In this document: positions 9,982-17,419 of the stretch, one piece after another | Numbering within the stretch: position 1 is the first letter of the stretch | How the letters are laid out: each line of letters begins with the position of its first letter | From: Parachlamydiaceae bacterium | GTDB lineage: Bacteria; Chlamydiota; Chlamydiia; Chlamydiales; Parachlamydiaceae | NCBI GenBank assembly: GCA_044326545.1 | Contig: JBIRBM010000005.1 | Coordinates: 13,457 to 77,456, forward strand | Length of the DNA stretch: 64,000 bases | Direction of reading: 5' to 3' | Notes under the pieces: generated by a model | What the model was told of the DNA's origin: nothing | What the model saw: the letters and a program-made list of their open reading frames with translations, nothing else | Database searches by the model: none | Position numbers and translations under genes: made by a program

Positions 9982-10929
9982 TTAACCGCGGGAGCTTTTG
10001 GTGTCAGCCCAAATTTTGATTGCTTGCAGCACGCGGTCAGTGAAATAATGATCATCTAAAGCCGCATCCCGTGTGTTCACAGCGAAAACCTGTTTGCCGT
10101 AAAGAGAGTGGATCGGTTCATTTTGACCACTAATTTCGCATGGACAGACGATATCGTGCATTTCTCCTGTCACGTTATCATCAAATAAAAGAGATAAATT
10201 CTCGCGCCCTCTGCTTCCTGAAGCGTCGTAGATGAAAGGTTTTCCAGATCTGCCAAGCTCTCCATCTAAATTCCATCTTTTCCAGTCATCTTGAACGGCA
10301 AAATGTGATGGAGACGATAAAAAAAGATCAAAGATGTCTTCCACTTTTTCTACTGTCCCTATTTGCTCAATTGTAAATGTTGTCTGTTCGAATTTAGCCC
10401 AACGATTGATGGTAATTCCTGACGGATGATCTTGAATTTCTCTGACGACACTGCGTAAATCATGGCCAAAAGAGCGAAGGACGATGGTGAATGGAATCTC
10501 TTTTTCCCTCAGAGTGTCCAACATATGATAGAAAGAATTAAAAATAGTAAAATTCACTTCGCCTGTCGAAGGATTGGTAAATTTTTCTCTTATTTTGGAG
10601 TAATCGTCTAACACTTGATCTTTGCAATCATGAGAAGATTGTGAAAGCCAATCCACAAAACCTGAGATACGGTCTTGCCTCTGTCTTTTTATTGCCGCAT
10701 CACTTTTATCGCCAGGTACGAGCACATGATCGACATATTGTTTAAAAGAGATCCTGCATATTTTTTCCTCCGCTTCAGTTTGCCCATCCCAATTAGCAAA
10801 TGTATTTTTAGCTAAAGCATTGTTTAGCATATATTCAGGGCTCTCTTTTTTTGTGGAATCTTCAAGGATCATTGTTCCGTTGACATCAAAAAATAAAATG
10901 AGGTGAGGATTTGCAGTGGTGTTTTGCAT
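9982..10929 (-). CDS. HAD-superfamily-like protein with atypical motif I (DVNGT)
   Basis: ATG at 10927-10929 is preceded by AGGAAG. LILFFDVNGTM resembles HAD motif I but has Asn in place of the second Asp. VLRSFG, GKP and LLFDDN are plausible motifs II-IV. Confidence 0.45.
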   Translation of the reverse strand: MQNTTANPHLILFFDVNGTMILEDSTKKESPEYMLNNALAKNTFANWDGQTEAEEKICRISFKQYVDHVLVPGDKSDAAIKRQRQDRISGFVDWLSQSSHDCKDQVLDDYSKIREKFTNPSTGEVNFTIFNSFYHMLDTLREKEIPFTIVLRSFGHDLRSVVREIQDHPSGITINRWAKFEQTTFTIEQIGTVEKVEDIFDLFLSSPSHFAVQDDWKRWNLDGELGRSGKPFIYDASGSRGRENLSLLFDDNVTGEMHDIVCPCEISGQNEPIHSLYGKQVFAVNTRDAALDDHYFTDRVLQAIKIWADTKSSRG

Positions 10930-11040
10930 ATTGCTTCCTGAAGCTTGATTTTCGTGTTTTTCCTTAGAATACAACAGAAACAATAGTTGAGAAACTGATT
11001 TTTTTTAGTGATCGAATTTACAGCAATTTAATCTTGAGTC

Positions 11041-11215
11041 TCGTTCTTTACGATTCACTCTCCTTAGAATCTGTTCAGAATCTTTGATCCGATGATTTGT
11101 TTGCTAAAAGCCGCGATCAGGGATTTATAGGAGCAAAGGATTGTGATCAAAGATTCTGAACAGGTCCTTACGCAACTGAAGTGCGATGTGGATTTAAGCC
11201 AAAGCCTCGGGGAAA
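11041..11215. repeat. Family A repeat split by a family B insertion (A15 halves at 11041-11063 and 11171-11215)
   Basis: Joining the flanks gives ...GATTCACTCTCCTTA|CGCAACTGAAGTGCGATGTGGATTTAAGCCAAAGCCTCGG, which reads as a family A left half. Confidence 0.55.
11064..11170. mobile_element. Family B MITE-like element (B1, 107 bp), nested in a family A copy
   Basis: TTAGAATCTGTTCAGAATCTTTGATCCGATGATTTG...GTGATCAAAGATTCTGAACAGGTCCTTA. The terminal inverted repeats exceed 20 bp, with TTA on both flanks. Confidence 0.8.
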
Positions 11216-11353
11216 ATAAGAAGAGAGGGTCTCAATCTCTCAATCTTATGTGAATTGGAATTATATTGGTTTAAACTCCTGGATATGGTATCAAGGTGTG
11301 TAGGTGTTGAGACATCAAAAGTTAGATTATTCAATATTTATTCTCAGGTGTAT

Positions 11354-11608
11354 ATGAAAGAAAATGCGTTTGATTTAGATGAATTTAGAAATCATCTTCA
11401 GCAATTAGAAAAAGAGTTGTCTGCAGGGATCGAGCAGGATGGAGAATATCAAGGTGAGATAGATGAAGTGATTGGTTCTTTAAAACGATTGTCAAAGGAA
11501 CTAAAAGATAACAAATATCAGCAAGTGCTTCCTGATCTTTTCAGAGTTCTTGAGTTTTTGGACATGATAGAGGATAATTTTGAGGATGATGAATCAGAAG
11601 AAGAGTAA
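11354..11608 (+). CDS. Small acidic hypothetical protein
   Basis: 84-aa ORF from ATG 11354 with a strongly acidic tail (EDNFEDDESEEE). The longer TTG-initiated version from 11255 is less likely. No family recognised. Confidence 0.35.
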   Translation: MKENAFDLDEFRNHLQQLEKELSAGIEQDGEYQGEIDEVIGSLKRLSKELKDNKYQQVLPDLFRVLEFLDMIEDNFEDDESEEE

Positions 11609-11620
11609 CATTTTCTTTCC

Positions 11621-11789
11621 TTAGAGCCTATTCACAATCTTTTATCAGATAATTTGTCTGTTAAAATGCCCTATAAGCTCACAAAAAATTTTCGCAATAA
11701 TTAAACAAGATTGGAAAAAAATTTTGTGAGTTTATGGGGCATCTATGGCAGCAAAACATCCTCACGATCTGTATGCAATAGGTTCTAAG
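11621..11789. mobile_element. Family B MITE-like element, long form (B2, about 170 bp)
   Basis: TTAGAGCCTATTCACAATCTTTTATCAGATAA...CTCACAAAAAATTTTCGCAATAATTAAA...TTTTGTGAGTTTATGGGGC...GCAATAGGTTCTAAG. Confidence 0.75.
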
Positions 11790-11813
11790 CGCAATGACTA
11801 AAAGGGCTGTTAT

Positions 11814-12731
11814 ATGGATAAAATCAATTGCGACGCATCTCTTTTTAAAGGTGTTTTTGCTGCGACCCTTATTCCGATGCGTGATGATTTAGCTTGTGAT
11901 GATAAAGAATTAGCAGCCCATTGTCATGAGTTACTTGCTAGAGGATGTCGAGGAATTGCTCTTTTTGGAACAACAGGAGAAGGCGCCTCTTTTCCGGTTG
12001 AAGAGAAGATACGAGTGATGAATACTCTCATCGCCTCTGGAATCAGTCCTCAATGTTTGATTTTAGGGATATGCGCTTGCGCAATTGAAGATGCAGTTCA
12101 ATTGGCTCAAGCTTCTTGTCAAGCCAATTGCTTAGCTACCTTGGTTCTTCCCCCTTTTTTTTATAAAAAAGTTCAAGACGTGGGAGTCATTGCTTTTTAT
12201 CGTGAAATGATTCAACGTGTTAATCATCCTGCTTTGCGTCTGATTCTCTATCACATGCCTCAATATAGCGGCGTCCCTTTGAATCGGGTGGTGATTGAGA
12301 CGTTAAGAAATGAATTCCATGACATCATCATGGGGATTAAAGATAGCGAAGGAAACCTCGCATTAGTCCAAGACATTTTACAACATTGTCCGGGAATGAA
12401 AGTTTTTGCTGCAAGAGAGCATCTTGTCTCTGAATCAATTCAGTTAGGGGCTACTGGAGTTATTTCCGGAATGGCCAATGTCTTTCCTGAGCTTCTTGGC
12501 TCTCTTTATGAATATGGGATGAATCAACAATACCCTAATCATAATAGCGAAGTGAGCCGGATTCTAGAGATACTAAAAGATTATCCTATTTTTGCTGCAT
12601 TGAAGTGCATCCTTGCACATCAAAAAGGTAAAAAGAAAGAACTGTGGGACGTTCTTCGCCCTCCTCTTGTCCCACTCAATTCATTGCTTTCTCAATCCCT
12701 TTTAGATGCGCTTAAAAACAAAACAATGTGA
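11814..12731 (+). CDS. DHDPS/NAL-family class I aldolase (DapA-like, specificity uncertain)
   Basis: FGTTGEG, YHMPQYSG (the Tyr133 region) and GIKDSEGN (Schiff-base Lys). The Arg of the DapA PSRTG loop is replaced (PQYSG). Confidence 0.8.
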   Translation: MDKINCDASLFKGVFAATLIPMRDDLACDDKELAAHCHELLARGCRGIALFGTTGEGASFPVEEKIRVMNTLIASGISPQCLILGICACAIEDAVQLAQASCQANCLATLVLPPFFYKKVQDVGVIAFYREMIQRVNHPALRLILYHMPQYSGVPLNRVVIETLRNEFHDIIMGIKDSEGNLALVQDILQHCPGMKVFAAREHLVSESIQLGATGVISGMANVFPELLGSLYEYGMNQQYPNHNSEVSRILEILKDYPIFAALKCILAHQKGKKKELWDVLRPPLVPLNSLLSQSLLDALKNKTM

Positions 12732-12753
12732 ACATGCTCAAGAGAGCCTTTGT

Positions 12754-13896
12754 TCATATCTCGTCTTCTAAAATCATCTTTCGGTATCGCTCCATCCACT
12801 TGACCATAAAATAAAGGTTATGCGCACTAGCCAAGCTCATGCTTGTCAGCTCGTGGGCTTTAAAAAGGTGGTGTAAGTAAGCGACTGTAAAACGGGTGCA
12901 GGTTGGACAGCCGCAATTTTCTTCGATTGGACGAAAGTTTTTGGCATTTTCTGTTTTCGTCACATTCATCCCTCCTTTTGCTGTTAATAAAACTCCATGG
13001 CGGGCTGATCGGGTTGGATAAGAGCTATCAAAAGTGTCGATTCCCAGCGGGATGGATCGATCAATTGAGGTGAGATCACCAATTCCTAATAAATGATTAG
13101 GCTTTTCTTCGGGAAGTAAAGGGAGGGTGTAGGAGAGCATATGATGCATTTCATCTTTTGTTTTTCCCATACTTCCTCCAATAGCAAATCCGTCAAACGG
13201 CAACGTTGTGAGAAAATCGCAGCTAGCTTTCCTAAGCTCTAGATTGACCCCGCCATGAATCACACTATACATTGCCTGGTTTTGTCTATTTTTAAGATGG
13301 GCTTCTAAAGATCGTTCCTCCCAACGATGGGTACGGGCTAGCGAATTTTTCAGGTCGTCATTCTGAATGTGATAAGGAGGCAATTCATCAAAAGGGATAA
13401 TAATGTCGGCACCCAAATCTTTTTGAGCCTGAATGGAGCTTTCCGGTGTTAACATCACTTTAGATCCGTCGCGGTAAGAGCGAAATAAAACCCCTTCTTC
13501 GGTGATCTTAATGACTGATCCCCCTTGTTTTTTTAGTCCGCGGCTTTTGAGTTCATCGGCGACAGATCCGTAAGCTAGGCTAAAGACTTGAAATCCGCCA
13601 GAATCGGTGATAATTGGCAGTTGTCGATTAATAAATTGATGCAATCCTCCCGCTTCTTTAACCACTTCAGTCCCTGGCTGTAAAAGCAAATGGTAAGTAT
13701 TGCAGAACATGAGCTGTAACCCAATGTCATGGAGTAAGGCATTATCAAGGGCTTTGACTGTCCCGTTTGTTCCGACTGCAACAAAATTTGGAGTTTCAAT
13801 AATCCCGTGAGGAGTATGAATACGACCAACACGAGCCCTCGATTTTTTTGAGCGGTGAATCAATTCAAAGTGAAAAGTTGTCATGTTTTTGCCCAC
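12754..13896 (-). CDS. tgt: tRNA-guanine transglycosylase (queuine tRNA-ribosyltransferase)
   Basis: TPNFVAVGT, TDSGGFQVF, GFAIGGSMG, and the zinc site CGCPTC...H. Confidence 0.92.
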   Translation of the reverse strand: MGKNMTTFHFELIHRSKKSRARVGRIHTPHGIIETPNFVAVGTNGTVKALDNALLHDIGLQLMFCNTYHLLLQPGTEVVKEAGGLHQFINRQLPIITDSGGFQVFSLAYGSVADELKSRGLKKQGGSVIKITEEGVLFRSYRDGSKVMLTPESSIQAQKDLGADIIIPFDELPPYHIQNDDLKNSLARTHRWEERSLEAHLKNRQNQAMYSVIHGGVNLELRKASCDFLTTLPFDGFAIGGSMGKTKDEMHHMLSYTLPLLPEEKPNHLLGIGDLTSIDRSIPLGIDTFDSSYPTRSARHGVLLTAKGGMNVTKTENAKNFRPIEENCGCPTCTRFTVAYLHHLFKAHELTSMSLASAHNLYFMVKWMERYRKMILEDEI

Positions 13897-14528
13897 CTAG
13901 CGCAAGAAGTAAAAGAAAAGATCACAATCATTTTAATCAAAAAACTTACCGCAATAATATCGATCACAGAAGTGACAACGCCATATAAACCGGCAAAGCT
14001 AAATAATACGGTATCTAACAATTGAGATAAGACAAGCGAGATTAAACTTCTCCAGCCAAAATCAAGATGAGGTAAAGTTTTTTTGAGAAAAGCGAAAAAA
14101 CGAATGTCTATTTGCTGAACAATGAAGAAAACGCTCATCGATGCAATCAGTAATCGAGGAGATAGGATGAGGAGAGTGAGAAAAGCTGAATGTGTTGTAT
14201 CATAAGCATTTGGTTCATAGAGTAAATGAAGTTGGGAGACAAGGGCGAAAAAAAACATAAAGAAAAAGCAGATTTTGGTCGCTTTATTTGCGTCTTCCCG
14301 ACTATAAAACTCTTGTAAAAAATTAAGGCCTAATAAACTTCCTATTGCAAAAGCATCACTTGCAGTCACCTCAAGACCAAATAACGTAATTTGCTTTAGA
14401 ACAAACAGGTTGGCGATTAACGCTTGGATAGCGACCCACACGATCAAGGCTTCTTTTCCCAATTTTAATGCACCTAAGGCAAATCCTAGAATCAAGAGGA
14501 TTTGACAAAAAAAAATGAATTCATTCAT
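13881..14528 (-). CDS. yhhQ: Queuosine-precursor/queuine transporter, YhhQ (DUF165/VUT) family
   Basis: 215-aa protein with about 6 TM segments and a DUF165-like C-terminal half (VFFIVQQIDIRFFAFLK...LSQLLDTVLFSFAG). Its 3' end overlaps the tgt start by 16 nt. Confidence 0.75.
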   Translation of the reverse strand: MNEFIFFCQILLILGFALGALKLGKEALIVWVAIQALIANLFVLKQITLFGLEVTASDAFAIGSLLGLNFLQEFYSREDANKATKICFFFMFFFALVSQLHLLYEPNAYDTTHSAFLTLLILSPRLLIASMSVFFIVQQIDIRFFAFLKKTLPHLDFGWRSLISLVLSQLLDTVLFSFAGLYGVVTSVIDIIAVSFLIKMIVIFSFTSCARWAKT

Positions 14529-14779
14529 TGTTGTTATTCCAAATAACTGAAAATCATATTATTATAATAAAAACTTTTAAAGTTTCAAGCAAAAATATGA
14601 AAACGGATTCTAAGATTCGTCGAGAACAGCGGATTTTATCTGAAATTGAGTGTTATAATGTTGGGATTTCAATTCTGATGATTGAGTGGTGACTAGCGGA
14701 CCTTAATGACTCGCTAGTGCCTCATCAGACCCGCTAGTTCATGTAAACGAATGATTTTGTTAAATCAGAGATTTAATCA

Positions 14780-15751
14780 ATGAAAAAAGAAGTTATTCTT
14801 GTTGTAGGGGGGGCTGGATTTATTGGTTCTCATGTAAACAAAATGTTAAACCATCGTGGATATCAAACTGTTGTTTTCGACAACTTAACTCGAGGAAATC
14901 GGAAAACTGTCCTTTATGGGGATTTTGTTAAGGGAGATTTAGCGAATCCCGATTTTTTAAATCATTTATTTGAAACCTATTCTGTTATCGCCGTTATGCA
15001 TTTTGCAGCGTATATTGATGTTGGAGAATCTGTTCGACATCCTGCAAAGTATTACTTGAATAATGTTGCTTATACGTTAAATCTTCTGCTAGCCATGATG
15101 CGTTATCAGATTAAGACATTGATTTTTTCTTCAAGCGCAGCTGTTTACGGATATCCTCTCCATTTGCCGATTCGGGAGAGTCATCCATGTCATCCTATTA
15201 ATCCTTATGGTGAATCGAAGTGGATGATAGAAAAAATGTTGCGTGATTTTGAGACTGCTTATGGATTGAAATTTTGTAGTTTACGTTATTTCAATGCCGC
15301 AGGAGGCGATCCTGAAGGAAAAATCAAAAATGTTCAACAGAATAAAACCAATTTGATTCCTCGCATTTTAATGGCTCTTAAAAATGACAAGGAGATCTTG
15401 ACGATTTATGGAACAGATTATCCAACACCAGATGGAACATGTATTCGGGATTATGTTCACATCGAAGATTTGGGTAGAGCTCATATCACTGCCATGGAGC
15501 AGCTTCTTGCGGGAGGTCATTCCAATGAATATAACTTGGGGATTGGTAAAGGATATAGCGTCAGGGAAGTGATTTTAGCTGTGGAAGAAATTTTAGGCAA
15601 AAAGGTGAATGTTTTTAACGCAGAGCGTCGTCCGGGAGATCCTCCTGTTTTATTGGCAGACTCTTCCAAAGCCGCTTCTCAATTAAATTGGCAGCCGAGT
15701 TTTTTTCTTGAAGACATCATTGAGCACGCTTGGAAGGCATTCGAATTTTAA
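14780..15751 (+). CDS. galE: UDP-glucose 4-epimerase
   Basis: GGAGFIGSH Rossmann motif, SSSAAVYG, YGESK catalytic YxxxK, and RDYVHIEDL. Confidence 0.9.
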   Translation: MKKEVILVVGGAGFIGSHVNKMLNHRGYQTVVFDNLTRGNRKTVLYGDFVKGDLANPDFLNHLFETYSVIAVMHFAAYIDVGESVRHPAKYYLNNVAYTLNLLLAMMRYQIKTLIFSSSAAVYGYPLHLPIRESHPCHPINPYGESKWMIEKMLRDFETAYGLKFCSLRYFNAAGGDPEGKIKNVQQNKTNLIPRILMALKNDKEILTIYGTDYPTPDGTCIRDYVHIEDLGRAHITAMEQLLAGGHSNEYNLGIGKGYSVREVILAVEEILGKKVNVFNAERRPGDPPVLLADSSKAASQLNWQPSFFLEDIIEHAWKAFEF

Positions 15752-16070
15752 ACACTCTTTTATAACCTGTTCAGAATCAATCCTGAAACTTATGGGGTGT
15801 TTATTAACAGAGGATTCATTCACTGTTGCATTCTTTCCAACGATTTTATACTATCCCAATATACCATTTTCAAGAAATAAAGCCCCTTTGAATTGAACTC
15901 GGGGAATTTCTTTGAGGATTACGTTATCCGGAGCCGGTACATATACAATTAAAAACCCGATGTTTTCAATGACTCAGATCGCCCAAACTCCGAATTAAAC
16001 ATCCTATTGTTTTGAAAGCACTTCATCTTAAGCTCTCATTTCATAAAAATTAAACTTCTGGCTCTAAATG

Positions 16071-16136
16071 ACTCACCTTACGCGCCGGGAGCGCGATTTG
16101 GCCTGAAACCAAAGCGTCGCGATGCGTCAAGTGAGT
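16071..16136. repeat. Family A palindromic repeat (A2), complete hairpin
   Basis: ACTCACCTTACGCGCCGGGAGCGCGATTTGG...CCAAAGCGTCGCGATGCGTCAAGTGAGT. The outer and inner arms are complementary. Confidence 0.8.
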
Positions 16137-16252
16137 CAATTACAAAACCTTAATTTAAGCTTAATTTTTTCATTTTATTCATTCATTAAAATCTGTTTTT
16201 AATTAAGATATGATGCGATTCGATCTAAAAAAAATTAATCAAGTGTTAAAGA

Positions 16253-17377
16253 ATGATCATTTTAAATCGCCTTTCAATAAAGATCTTGTTGCTTATTACA
16301 CTATCCTTCTTGATTTTAATCGGAATGGGATTATTTGTTTATCATCATTTCATAAAATGGGGCGTATACGATATTGAACATGTCATAGAAGCTGTTGAAA
16401 AGAATGGGCTAAATTTGCGGTTTGCTGCAGATGAGCTTAGAAATGATCCAAAAATTGTTGGGATTGCGATTAAGCAAAATGGGGCAGCATTAGAATTTGC
16501 TTCGTCGGTTCTTAAGAATGACTCAGAAATTGTCAAGCATGCTGTTTCCCAAAATGGTTGGGAGCTTCAGTATGCCTCTGCAAATCTTCAAAATCATCCA
16601 GAGATTGTCAGTCTTGCAATTGAGAAAAATGGATATGCCTTGAAATTTGCTTCTCTTGCTTTGCGTAATGATCCTGACATTGTCAAGTTAGCTGTTAAAA
16701 AAAATGGCTGGGCATTAGAATACGCCTCCGCGGAAAGGCGTGATGACCCTGACATTGTGAAGTTGGCGATTCAACAAGATGGTCTTGCGCTTGAATTTGC
16801 CTCGGATAAATTTAAAAATCATCGCGAAATTGTTACATTAGCCGTTCAGCAAAATGGACTCGCATTAGACTATGCGAGTAAAGAGCTTAAAAGAGATCCG
16901 GAAATTGTGAAATTAGCGCTTAGACAAAATGGACAAGCTTTAGTCGTCGTCCCGGATGAGGATCAAACCCGAGAGATTGTGATGGTTGCGATTGAGCAAG
17001 ATGGAAAAGCTTTGCGTTATGTTGGAAGAGAATTATTAAAAGATCCTGAAATTGTTCGAATCGCCGTGCAAACTTATGGCCAAGCTTTAAAGTTTACGAA
17101 TGATTCAGAGCTTCAAAATGATCGCGAGATTGTGATGTTTGCTGTGCAGCAGGACGGGCGAGCTCTTCGTTTTCTCTTAGATGAACTGCAAAATGATCGC
17201 GAGATTGTCTCGTTGGCCGTTCAACAAAATGGACTGGCTCTTAAATATGCCTCAAACGATTTGAGAAATGACCGTCAAATAGTTAAAATAGCCATTCAAC
17301 AAAATCCCTCAGCGGTTGAATTTGCCTCAGATGAGTTGAGGCGGGATTTAGAAATCGTTCAATTGCTCAATCATTAG
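16253..17377 (+). CDS. Membrane-anchored DUF4116 repeat protein
   Basis: An N-terminal TM segment (ILLLITLSFLILIGMGLFVY) is followed by about 13 tandem 25-aa units of type NDPEIVKLAVQQNGLALEYAS.ELR. Confidence 0.75.
   Translation: MIILNRLSIKILLLITLSFLILIGMGLFVYHHFIKWGVYDIEHVIEAVEKNGLNLRFAADELRNDPKIVGIAIKQNGAALEFASSVLKNDSEIVKHAVSQNGWELQYASANLQNHPEIVSLAIEKNGYALKFASLALRNDPDIVKLAVKKNGWALEYASAERRDDPDIVKLAIQQDGLALEFASDKFKNHREIVTLAVQQNGLALDYASKELKRDPEIVKLALRQNGQALVVVPDEDQTREIVMVAIEQDGKALRYVGRELLKDPEIVRIAVQTYGQALKFTNDSELQNDREIVMFAVQQDGRALRFLLDELQNDREIVSLAVQQNGLALKYASNDLRNDRQIVKIAIQQNPSAVEFASDELRRDLEIVQLLNH
16376..17368 (+). repeat. Tandem 75-bp coding repeats (about 13 units) of the DUF4116 gene
   Basis: The 25-aa periodicity is seen directly in translation: ...NG.AL.[FY]AS..L.ND.EIV..A... 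Units are diverged, not identical. Confidence 0.7.
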
Positions 17378-17419
17378 AACGTGTTTTTGATGTTCTAAGA
17401 ACCTATTCAACATCTTGTC

